Sequence record: SRR2962707_2322 | Strand: one strand, 5' to 3' | Length of the DNA: 48,359 nucleotides | Translations under genes and position numbers: made by a program | Shown: one piece after another, positions 18,687 through 27,336 of the stretch | How the letters are laid out: each line of letters starts with the position of its first letter | Position numbering within the stretch: position 1 is the stretch's first letter | The notes under the pieces: generated by a model | What the model was told of the DNA's origin: nothing | The model's input: the letters and a program-made list of their open reading frames with translations, nothing else | Database searches by the model: none

Positions 18687-19580
18687 CGCCCCGGCGCGCT
18701 GCGCGGTGGCGGCAATCAGCTCCCCGACACGCGGCAACACGGCGGGGGGCAGGTCATGGCCCATCCCTTCCAGAATCGCCAGCCGGGCACCGGGAATCGC
18801 CTTGGCCGAGGCCTTGCCGCCGGCGGGGCGGATCAGCGGATCACTGCCACCGTGAATGATCTGCGCCGGACAGCGGACCCGGCGCAAATAGCGATTGAGG
18901 CTGCCGGTGGCGAGAATGGCCATGAACTGATTGCGGATACCGCGCGGGTTCAGGCCGCGTTCCCAGCTCTGCCGGAAGGCCCGCTCCAAGTCCTCCTGGT
19001 CCTGCGGCAGCGTGCCGCCGATCCTGCTCATCATGTCGCGGCCAAACGCCAGATACTGATCCAGGGTTTCCACTTTCACCTTGGGCGCCACCAGGGTTTT
19101 CAGCGCCGCCGGTTTGGGTGGCGGCAGGAACGGACTGTTGTTGCTGGACATGATCGAAGTAAGACTGAGCACCCGGCTGGCCTGGGTTGCCGCGGTCAGC
19201 TGCGCGATCATACCGCCCATGGAAGCGCCCACCAGATGCGCCCTGGCAATGCCGAGAGCGTCCAGCAGGCCCACCGTATCCGCCACCATATCCACCAGGG
19301 TGTAAGGCGCCGCCACCGGCATCCCCAGCATGTAGCGCGCCATCGCGCCCACTGGTCCCTGCCGGATCGGCGCGCGAATGGCGGTGGACATCCCCGCGTC
19401 CCGGTTATCAAAAGCGATCACCCGGTAACCGCGGCGCGCCATGTCATCCAGCAGCGCCTCCGGCCAGAACACCCACTGGGCGGACAGCCCCATGATGAAC
19501 AGGATCGGCTCGCCGTCCTCGGGCCCGCGGGCGTCGTAGTACAGCTCCATACCATTGCTTTTGATGATTCCGGATGACAC
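18618..19580 (-). CDS. Alpha/beta fold hydrolase
   Basis: FDNRDAGMS, nucleophile elbow GASMGG, HGGSDPL and GMGHDLP; probable GTG start at 19580 after GAGGAG (the ORF extends to 19595). Confidence 0.88.
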   Translation of the reverse strand: MSSGIIKSNGMELYYDARGPEDGEPILFIMGLSAQWVFWPEALLDDMARRGYRVIAFDNRDAGMSTAIRAPIRQGPVGAMARYMLGMPVAAPYTLVDMVADTVGLLDALGIARAHLVGASMGGMIAQLTAATQASRVLSLTSIMSSNNSPFLPPPKPAALKTLVAPKVKVETLDQYLAFGRDMMSRIGGTLPQDQEDLERAFRQSWERGLNPRGIRNQFMAILATGSLNRYLRRVRCPAQIIHGGSDPLIRPAGGKASAKAIPGARLAILEGMGHDLPPAVLPRVGELIAATAQRAGASRPLGGEGEHLADVAISVDGHQ

Positions 19581-19716
19581 CTGGACGCTCCTCACCTGTG
19601 GCTGGCCCGCCCCGCTCCCGATCTCCGGGCACCGACGCGATAATGGATCAAAGGTTAAGCAAGGCCGGGAAGGTCAACAAGCCATCCCCATCGGTTTGGC
19701 CCCGCCGGCATGGCCT

Positions 19717-20145
19717 TCAGCCTTCGTCTTCCTGCAGACAACGGCGCAGCAGCCGCGTCAGGGAGGCCTGATCGGAAGCGGACAACGGCTCACAGAGATG
19801 GTGCAGCGCGCGCCGTTCGATGCGGGCGCAAAGAGATGCCGTGCTCAAACCCTTGGCGGTCAGCGAGACCCTGGCGGCGCGGCGGTCCAGGTCATTGACC
19901 TGGCGTTCCACCAACCCCTCTTCCACCAAGGCGGTCACCAGCCGGGTCAACTGGCCCTTGTCCCTGCCGGAGCACGCCGCCACATCGCGCATCCCCATCG
20001 CTCCGCGCCGTTGCAGCAGCAACAACACCTGCACCGCTGGTGGCGGCAAGCGTATGCCCTCGCGACGCAACCCGTCGCGCAGCTCCCGGCGCAAGCGGAT
20101 CAACACGCCGTCCAGAGCCTGGGACAGCTCATTCAATACGTCCAA
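19717..20145 (-). CDS. MarR family transcriptional regulator
   Basis: DKGQLTRLVTALVEEGLVER...DRRAARVSLTAKG; TTG start after GAGG. Confidence 0.88.
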   Translation of the reverse strand: MDVLNELSQALDGVLIRLRRELRDGLRREGIRLPPPAVQVLLLLQRRGAMGMRDVAACSGRDKGQLTRLVTALVEEGLVERQVNDLDRRAARVSLTAKGLSTASLCARIERRALHHLCEPLSASDQASLTRLLRRCLQEDEG

Positions 20146-20254
20146 GCCGAATTCCTCTTGCCGCGGTTCCTGGTCGGACCGTTCATCATCCCCGAATCAT
20201 TGACCAAGTCTATCAAAGCCCCTTCCAGGAAGCGCGTGACGCGAACAAGCCTGA

Positions 20255-20284
20255 TTGACCTGGAATTCCGCTCGCTGCTAAAGT
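20255..20284 (+). promoter_or_regulatory. Putative sigma70 promoter of the leader-dapA transcript
   Basis: TTGACC (20255-60), an 18-nt spacer ending in the TGn extended -10, then TAAAGT (20279-84). Confidence 0.55.
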
Positions 20285-20319
20285 CGGCTTCCGACAGTGT
20301 CAATTCAGACCCGCTAGCG

Positions 20320-20403
20320 ATGCGCTTTGCTTTTTCCGATAAACACCAGGCCAAGAAACGGACCTCCGATGTCCGGGCCGGGTGCTGCATGGAAAAAGTC
20401 TGA
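20320..20403 (+). CDS. Putative attenuator leader peptide MRFAFSDKHQAKKRTSDVRAGCCMEKV (27 aa, 4 Lys)
   Basis: Short ORF between the promoter and the terminator; tandem AAG AAA codons sit inside the 1:2 hairpin; no clear Shine-Dalgarno sequence. Confidence 0.6.
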   Translation: MRFAFSDKHQAKKRTSDVRAGCCMEKV

Positions 20404-20426
20404 ATCACCACTGACGTCAGATCCTG

Positions 20427-20468
20427 AAAAAAAACCCGGTCGCGGACGGCGCGACCGGGTTTTTTATT
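20427..20468 (+). terminator. Intrinsic terminator (attenuator) in the dapA 5' leader
   Basis: Perfect 11-bp stem ACCCGGTCGCG/CGCGACCGGGT with loop GACGG, followed by a T run and preceded by A8; ends about 45 nt before the dapA start. Confidence 0.88.
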
Positions 20469-20512
20469 GCCCGCCAGTGCCCTCTTCGGCCTTCGACATA
20501 AGGAATCAGATC

Positions 20513-21379
20513 ATGTTTGAAGGTTCATTGGTTGCCATGGTGACACCATTCCAGGACGGAAACATTGATTTCGCAGGGGTGCGGCGTTGTCTTGATTGGC
20601 ACCTGGCGGGCACTACCGAAGGCCTGGTGATCGCCGGCACCACGGGCGAGGCGCCCACCTTGTCAAAAGAGGAATACGGGCAGCTCTTGGATGAGGTGTG
20701 CCGCTATGTGGCGGGCCGTTTGCCGGTGATCGCCGGCGCCACCTCCTACGACCCGGTGGCGGCGTTACAGTGGGTGCGCATCGCCCGGGAATGCGGAGCG
20801 GACGCGGCACTGTGCGCCACCGGCTTTTATAACCGGCCCGATCAGGAAGGGCTGTACCACCACTTCCGATACTTGCATGACAACAGTGATCTCCCCCTGC
20901 TGATTTACAACATTCCACCTCGCACCATTGTCGATATTCAACCGGAAACCCTGGCCCGACTGGCCGCTCTGGAACGAGTGATCGGTGTCAAGGATGCCTG
21001 CCGTGACCTGGCCAGGCCGGCGCAGGAACACGCGCTCATCGGCGACGGCTTCACCTGGCTTTCTGGCGATGACTGCACCGCGGCGGCCTACAACGCCATG
21101 GGCGGACGGGGCGTGATCAGCGTTATCGCCAACATCCTGCCCCGGGTAAGCCGGCAATTACAGGACGCTTGCCGGAGCAATGACTTCGCCACGGCAACCC
21201 GCTTGCAGCAGGCGCTGACTCCGTTGATCCAGGCGTTGAGCCGCACCCCCAACCCGACCGGCGTGAAGTACGCCTGCTCGTTGCTGGAGTTGTGCACGGA
21301 GGAATGCAGGCCACCAATGATGGCGCTGGACGAGCCCGACCGCCAGGCGATACGGACAGCGCTGGAGCCGTGGTTATAG
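20513..21379 (+). CDS. dapA: 4-hydroxy-tetrahydrodipicolinate synthase (DapA family), probably a paralogue
   Basis: MFEGSLVAMVTPF, GTTGE, YNRP, YNIPPRT (Y133/R138), GVKDA (Schiff-base Lys) and SGDD; RBS AAGGA. Confidence 0.85.
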   Translation: MFEGSLVAMVTPFQDGNIDFAGVRRCLDWHLAGTTEGLVIAGTTGEAPTLSKEEYGQLLDEVCRYVAGRLPVIAGATSYDPVAALQWVRIARECGADAALCATGFYNRPDQEGLYHHFRYLHDNSDLPLLIYNIPPRTIVDIQPETLARLAALERVIGVKDACRDLARPAQEHALIGDGFTWLSGDDCTAAAYNAMGGRGVISVIANILPRVSRQLQDACRSNDFATATRLQQALTPLIQALSRTPNPTGVKYACSLLELCTEECRPPMMALDEPDRQAIRTALEPWL

Positions 21380-21400
21380 GAGGGATGATGAAAGGCGGCG

Positions 21401-21437
21401 AGGCGCGGACGGCCGAACCGTCCGCGCCGCCGCGTTT
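21401..21437. terminator. GC-rich hairpin between convergent dapA and acylase genes
   Basis: GGCGCGGACGG-ccgaa-CCGTCCGCGCC stem with TTTT shortly downstream. Confidence 0.55.
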
Positions 21438-23820
21438 TACTGGCTCAACTCGGTGATCGAGATGCTTTGTTGCTTGATCTGTTCCTCGGTGAACGGGAAC
21501 TCAAGCCATGTTTTCTCTGAATAATCCTCGGTAGCCTCGCTGTAATAGGGGCTGGCCGGGTCCGTGGTCACCGCGTGAGTGAGCATGGTGTAGGCCCGCA
21601 CCGGCTCGCCTTCCGGGAAATCCACCACGTGCATGTAGGTGTTGCGCAGCACCGTGAAGTAGCCTTCATAGCCTTCACCGCCGAACTGTGGAATGTCGGT
21701 GCCGGTCTTGGCGTACTTCTGCCAGTCACGGACCTTGGCGTTCAGAGCCACGCCGGAGTCCACCACTTCCTGTACGGCCTCGGAAAAAGCAGCTTCCACG
21801 GCGGCAACCACATCCGCGTTACCGGTATTCAGGCCATTCGGTGTGTGTATCGGATCTTCCGCGTTGAACGGATTGGCGTAAAGCTCATCCTGGTTGCGGA
21901 TCTTGAGCCAGAACGCGCTCCAGATATGCGCGCCGGCGGCGTCCAGGTTGCCGGTGTTGTCCCAATTGTCCAGCACGATGCACGCCTCGGCTTCATCCGC
22001 GGTATCACCCGGGCAAACCAGGGGCAACACCTCCGCCTTCAACAATTCCGCGCTCAGGTTACGGCTGTTCAGCACCATTTCCCGCACCGTCTCACTGCTG
22101 GCGCCCGCCATGCCGTGACCATCGGTGCCCGCCTTGCGGTCTTCCACCATCATGTGCCCCATGCGGGTACGCAGGCTTTGTTCATAGTCTTCCTGACCCA
22201 TGATGCCGGCGTAACCGGTCAGCGGCTGGTCCGGATTACTCAGCCAATAACTGTCATTCATGTTGGCAATGTAATCCGTGGTCAGCAGCACCGGCAGGTT
22301 GGCCGGACCGAACGTCCCCGGCGCGGCGGAATCCGAATCGGTTTTCCAGTCACACTCGGAACGGCTACCGTCCAGCAGTGGCAGACCGGGTACCGCCTGC
22401 AGGATGACCGGTCCCAGGGTCGGCACCAGACAGCCCGCCAACATGCTGTCCGGCACGTTGGGAACCGCTGTGATATCGGAATACAGCGCACGCTCGTCGT
22501 CGCGGCCAATGGCGGAGGTATTCACCCAGGGAATGCCCACGTACCGCTTGATGCTGGCCACGAACTCGTCCAGCGAACCGGCATGGCCGAAGGCGAAAAA
22601 GTTCTTGAACGAGCGGGTATTCTCCAGGTTCACGTCACGCAATGTGAACGCCTGATTGGTGTCCCAGGCCAACGCCGGATGCAGCGATGACAGGTTGATC
22701 ATCGGACCGTACTCGGAACGATAAAGAGTGCGGGACACAGGCGCCAGAGAACCGTCCTCCTGCAGCACTTGAACGGTGATGGTTTCCTCTTGCAGGGGCT
22801 GTTCCGCGCCATCCTTGATGTAGGTGGTCGGGTCGCCGTCCTTCAAGGCGAGGCGATAAAGTGTGAACCGCCGCGCGGTGGACACCGTATGCGACCAGGA
22901 CACGTTGTTGTTGAAGCCCAACAACACATGGGCGCGCCCATGATGGAGACGCCGGCCACATCAAGTTTGCCCGGCAGGGTCATGTGCATTTGATAGAAGC
23001 GATCCACCCCTTCCAGATACCAGTGTGGATTGGCAAAATTCAGCGACCGGCCGTTCTGGGTAGCTTCGCCGCCAAAGGCATAAGTGTTACTGCCGATACC
23101 GAACTGGCGCCCCAGTTGGAATCGCTCCGGATCCAGATCGATCTCGCTGCCGCTTTCAGGGGAAGGGTTACGCAGACGCAGCGGTGCCGCTGAAGGTGGC
23201 GCGGCAGCGGTAATCTCCTCGACCCAGTTGGCGGAGCTGGCCGCCAGATTCAACGCCACCAGACGGCGAAATACAGCCTTTTCATCGATTTCACCAAGCC
23301 ATTCCGCGTCACGGCAATCGGCATGGCGACCGGCATGCTGGCCGGCCTGGATTTCATTCAGGTAGCGGTTATAACCAACAGCGAAGCCATCCGACAGCTC
23401 GCGCATCTCTTGCGGCTGCTCCGCCATGAAGTCCTCGACCTGCTGGTCATTAACCACAAACCGGAAGAAGAAATCCGCTTCCAGGTTCGACGGCGAACCG
23501 AAAGTCCCCGTCACCGCCGCCGGTTCATCCGGACCAAAATACCGCGACCGTTCTCCACGGAAGGTCACATAAGCGTCCGCCAGCACACAGAGGTTATCCT
23601 CGGCAATGGCATAGCCGTGGCCATAACCAAGACCACGATAGTCGTCAGCACTGATATGAGGGATACCCTGGGTGGTTCGTTCAATGGTGGCGTTGTAGGA
23701 GATCGAGGACCGATTGGAGGAGGAATCACTGCCACAGCCGCTCAAGGCGACCGCGACGGACAACACGCAAGCGGCGGACAAGCCGCCCCTATAGTGAACA
23801 GAAAAGTCAGGAAAAGGCAT
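21437..23820 (-). pseudogene. Penicillin-acylase family Ntn hydrolase (PvdQ/QuiP, AHL-acylase-like) lipoprotein, split by a 1-bp frameshift near 22928
   Basis: The 5' ORF has lipobox ALSGC, GIPHI, GIG-SNTYAFG (Ser nucleophile) and ANPHW. The 3' ORF continues LLGFNNNVSWSHTVS...ANMNDSYW. Adding one G restores ...GAPMVLLGFN. Confidence 0.8.
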
Positions 23821-23908
23821 TGCAGCACTCCCATTTTTGTTATTAAGACAGCGTTATTGAAATAACAAATTCTAGGGACGTACTGACAGGTAGGCTTGAA
23901 CGCAGCGG

Positions 23909-24676
23909 CTATTTCATGTGCAACCGCATTCCCCGGGCCAGAAACGACGGGGTCAGGCCAAAAAATGCTTTCAAGGTGCGGGTAAGATGAGCGGAATAGG
24001 AGAAGCCCACATCATGGGCCACGCTGATCAGGGTATCGCCACGGGCAATGCACTCAACCGCACGGCGCATGCGGGCCCACAACAAATAGCTTTTTATGGA
24101 AATCCCGAGGGATTCGGAGAACAGATGGGTCAGCCGGTCCTGGGACAGCCCGACCTCTTCTCCCAGTTCCGCCACCGTGCTGGTCAACGGCAACTCCTTT
24201 TTGATTTTCTGAGCGACGTGCATGACGCGCATATCAATGGGCATACGAATCGGTTGGTATCCGACGATAGCGCGAGGCAGTTGTGTGGTGAGCCGAAAAA
24301 ACGCCGCATCCTCGAAAGCCTCGCTGGTACAGCGACGAACCCAGTCCACCGGCAGGGCAGCGTCATCCAGAGTCACCGCCTTGACGCCCTCCTCCCCGAG
24401 AAAAGCCGAAAGCGCGTGGTACTCATAACTCTGCGGGTCGAAGTTGAGCGACAGCAAGGGAACCGAGCCGGCATCCAGCGACCGGGTCACCTGTTTGCCG
24501 ACCAGGGCGGCGTGATAGGGCTGCACCGCGCCGCCGGATTCACACAGCGTGAACGGCGTGTCATTCAATGACAGCAGCAAGGTGACGGTATGACGCTGGG
24601 TATAACCGGAAGCAATTCCCTCGGTCAGGTATAAAAAGCGGTCGTCCCAGACATAAAGCACATTGGGAAATCCCAT
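23909..24676 (-). CDS. AraC family transcriptional regulator
   Basis: VGLSQDRLTHLF and VAHDVGFSYSAHLTRTLKAFFGLTPS double HTH. Confidence 0.92.
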   Translation of the reverse strand: MGFPNVLYVWDDRFLYLTEGIASGYTQRHTVTLLLSLNDTPFTLCESGGAVQPYHAALVGKQVTRSLDAGSVPLLSLNFDPQSYEYHALSAFLGEEGVKAVTLDDAALPVDWVRRCTSEAFEDAAFFRLTTQLPRAIVGYQPIRMPIDMRVMHVAQKIKKELPLTSTVAELGEEVGLSQDRLTHLFSESLGISIKSYLLWARMRRAVECIARGDTLISVAHDVGFSYSAHLTRTLKAFFGLTPSFLARGMRLHMK

Positions 24677-24761
24677 CTCGGTTTCTCGTTGTTATTGTCC
24701 ATTTTATTGTAAACCGCGTTTCGGGCGGCCTTACCCTGGCCGCCTCGTCGATACCCGGGGC

Positions 24762-25298
24762 CTACCACATCAGATCGTCGGGCACCTCGTAACCGGCATA
24801 AGGATCGTCCTCATCCTGCTTGTTCGCGGATGGGGTGTTGCACACCAGGACGACGCTCTCATCCCGCTCGCGGATCTTGTCCACCACCTCGGCGGGCACC
24901 AGCTCATAACCTTCACCCAGCGCCACCAGGACCAGCCGCCCATTAGCCAATTGAGTTTGCTGGGAGGCGGTCACATAGATGGTTTTCACCTTGCGTTCCT
25001 GCACGAACCGGAACCCCACCTCACCCTGCTCCCGGGGCAGGCGATGGGCTTCGATCAGTTGCCGCAGTTGGGCCTGCTTCTCCCTTTCCTCACGCTCAGC
25101 CTGCCGCTGGACCTCCAACTGGCGGTCCCGTTCGGCCTGCTCCTGGCGCTGACGGCGTGCACGTTCCGCGGCGTCCTCATCGCCCCCTTCACGGCGGGCG
25201 CGGTTGGCATCCTCACGCTTTTGCTGCTTGGCCCGGCGGGCGGCCTTCTTGTCCGCAAGCCCGGCTTTCATTAACTGCTGTTGCAGGGAATTGGCCAT
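24762..25298 (-). CDS. yaiL: DUF2058 family protein (YaiL-like)
   Basis: MANSLQQQLMKAGL...DDPYAGYEVPDDLMW signature. Confidence 0.9.
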   Translation of the reverse strand: MANSLQQQLMKAGLADKKAARRAKQQKREDANRARREGGDEDAAERARRQRQEQAERDRQLEVQRQAEREEREKQAQLRQLIEAHRLPREQGEVGFRFVQERKVKTIYVTASQQTQLANGRLVLVALGEGYELVPAEVVDKIRERDESVVLVCNTPSANKQDEDDPYAGYEVPDDLMW

Positions 25299-25453
25299 GG
25301 TTCTGTTCCCGGTCTGTCCGAACCCACAAGGATAGCCGTGAAGGGCGCCCGGGGCCATCGGCGCGGCGGCTTTTCCGGGGTTGGTCTGCGGCGAAGGCGA
25401 TGCAATACTGCGCCTCAAACGCAGCCCTTAAATGCAACAAGGATACCCTGATT

Positions 25454-26194
25454 ATGAAACGATTGATGCTTGGCGCCCTGGTACTGGGCGCGACACCCCT
25501 GGTTCAGGCCGCCCCGCTGGTGGACGCTTATTTCGGCGCCTACACCTGGGACGCGGAAATCAGCGGTGACATCGCCTCCGGCGGTGGCAACATTGACGTG
25601 GAACACGATCTGGGGCTGGACGACAGCCGCGAGAACGTGCTGTTCGTGGGCGTGGAACACGCCATTCCTCTGATTCCCAATGCGCGCATTCGGCATATGG
25701 AATTCTCCGAAGGCGGCAGCCGCACCCTGGGCCGTAACATCTCCTTCAACGGCCAGGACTTTCTGGCTGGCGAGGAAGTCAGCGGCGACCTGGATCTGGA
25801 GCTGCTCGACGGCACCCTTTACTGGAGCCCGCTGAATAACGTGGTGAAGCTGGATCTCGGGGTGACGGTACGCCGAATGGAAGCCGACTTCAAAGTGAGC
25901 GGCCTCGGCCGCGCCGCTTCAGAGAGCGCCAACAAGACCTTCCCCATGGGCTATCTGGCGGCCCGCGTCAATCTGCCGCTTACCGGCCTGTATGTGGGCG
26001 GGGAGGTCAACGCGATTACCTACGATGGCAGTGACATGCGCGACTATACCGCCCGGGTTGGCTGGCAGTCCGACTTCCTGCTTGGTGTGGAAGCCGGCTA
26101 CAGCCGATTGGAAGTGGAACTGGATGACGTCAGCGGCGTGGATACCGACCTGGAGATCGGCGGGCCTTATCTGGCGGCGACGTTGCGATTCTAA
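25454..26194 (+). CDS. Outer membrane beta-barrel protein (TIGR04219-like)
   Basis: Signal peptide, EHAIPLIPNARI, alternating beta-strands and a C-terminal Phe; RBS AAGGA. Confidence 0.82.
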   Translation: MKRLMLGALVLGATPLVQAAPLVDAYFGAYTWDAEISGDIASGGGNIDVEHDLGLDDSRENVLFVGVEHAIPLIPNARIRHMEFSEGGSRTLGRNISFNGQDFLAGEEVSGDLDLELLDGTLYWSPLNNVVKLDLGVTVRRMEADFKVSGLGRAASESANKTFPMGYLAARVNLPLTGLYVGGEVNAITYDGSDMRDYTARVGWQSDFLLGVEAGYSRLEVELDDVSGVDTDLEIGGPYLAATLRF

Positions 26195-26227
26195 TATCGT
26201 CTGGCGGACATGAATTCAGAGGTCGCC

Positions 26228-26317
26228 ACCAAGCCGCTGCGGGAGCTTGCCTTGCAAGCGAACAGAGGTTCAGCCCGCAAGATTCGCCAGCAGGGCTGGC
26301 TCCTACAGTGGCTTGGT
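26228..26317. repeat. REP doublet with extended inverted flanks between convergent genes
   Basis: ACCAAGCCGCTGCGGGAGCTTGCCTTGCAAGCGAA ... TTCGCCAGCAGGGCTGGCTCCTACAGTGGCTTGGT; same family as 12718-12786. Confidence 0.8.
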
Positions 26318-26346
26318 AGTCCGGTCTCCGTGGGCAGCCAGCCCGC

Positions 26347-27267
26347 TCAGGACACCTCCCGGGTTTCGGCGCCAACGCTGCGATGCTGATCCGCCAGCTC
26401 ATCGATCAGGGCGTCTTTCTCCCGCCACAAATCGTTGACCCAGCGCTGAATCACGGTACGGAATTTCGGGTCGTTCTCGTAGTCCCCCTGCCACAGCGCC
26501 GGATCCAGCTCCCGCATGCGCAGGTCCACGATGACCCTTTCCACCCGGCCGCTGATCAAATCCCAGAAGCCCGGCGGTGTATCATTCGGGTAGACGATGG
26601 TCACATCCAGCAAGGCGTCCAGACTGTCCCCCAGAGCCGCCAGCACAAAGGCGACGCCGCCGGCCTTGGGTTTGAGCAGATGCTTGAAGGGGGAGTTTTG
26701 CCGGGCCTGCTTCTCCGGAGTACGCCGGGTCCCCTCCAGGTAATTCACCACCGTCACCGGCATGTCCTTGAATTTCTCGCAGGCGGCCTTGGTGATCTCA
26801 AGGTCCTTGCCGAGCAATTCCGGGTGCTTCTTCAGATAGCTCTTGGTATAGCGTTTCATGAAGGGGTAATCCAGCGCCCAGAACGCCAGCCCCAGAAACG
26901 GCACCCAGATCAGCTCTTTCTTGAGGAAGAACTTGAAGTACGGCACCCGGCCGTTGAGCACCTGAACCAGCGCCGGAATATCCACCCAGGATTGATGGTT
27001 GCTGACCACCAGATAGGAGGTGTTTCGGCGCAAACCTTCAGCGCCACGCACTTCCCAGCGGGTTGGCGTCATCAGCGAGAAAATCGCCTTGCAGATACCT
27101 GCCCAGGTTTCCGCGATCCACATGACACCGCGGGAACAGCGATTACGCAGGGTCTTGCCCGGCAAAACCAGTTTGAGCAGGGCGACCACCATCATCGGCC
27201 CGATCAGGATCAGCGTGTTCAGCAGTAACAACAGTGCGGTGGTAACACCGGTCAACATGGCACGCAT
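26347..27267 (-). CDS. Lysophospholipid acyltransferase (YihG/PlsC-like)
   Basis: NHQSWVD, FFLKKEL, FMKR and YLEGTR motifs. Confidence 0.9.
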   Translation of the reverse strand: MRAMLTGVTTALLLLLNTLILIGPMMVVALLKLVLPGKTLRNRCSRGVMWIAETWAGICKAIFSLMTPTRWEVRGAEGLRRNTSYLVVSNHQSWVDIPALVQVLNGRVPYFKFFLKKELIWVPFLGLAFWALDYPFMKRYTKSYLKKHPELLGKDLEITKAACEKFKDMPVTVVNYLEGTRRTPEKQARQNSPFKHLLKPKAGGVAFVLAALGDSLDALLDVTIVYPNDTPPGFWDLISGRVERVIVDLRMRELDPALWQGDYENDPKFRTVIQRWVNDLWREKDALIDELADQHRSVGAETREVS

Positions 27268-27336
27268 GACGCGGCTACTCCTTTTCACTTAACGCCCGGA
27301 TCATAACCAAAAGCGGCGATCCGGGCGCCCCCTGAC

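Noticed and set aside
20383-20391. Cys-Cys-Met codons as the sensing codons of the leader
   Set aside because: A ribosome stalled there would cover segment 2 and favour termination, so these codons do not fit starvation-induced read-through.
20200-20512. Lysine riboswitch upstream of dapA
   Set aside because: No AGAGGYGC/GCCGAA/kissing-loop aptamer hallmarks were seen; a leader ORF with alternative hairpins explains the region better.
20327-20512. N-terminal extension of DapA (350-aa ORF)
   Set aside because: It crosses the terminator; family similarity and the RBS start at 20513.
22915-22945. Programmed frameshift or natural alpha/beta subunit split of the acylase
   Set aside because: The break falls inside the beta subunit, about 53 residues after the catalytic Ser, with no slippery site and no RBS for the second part.
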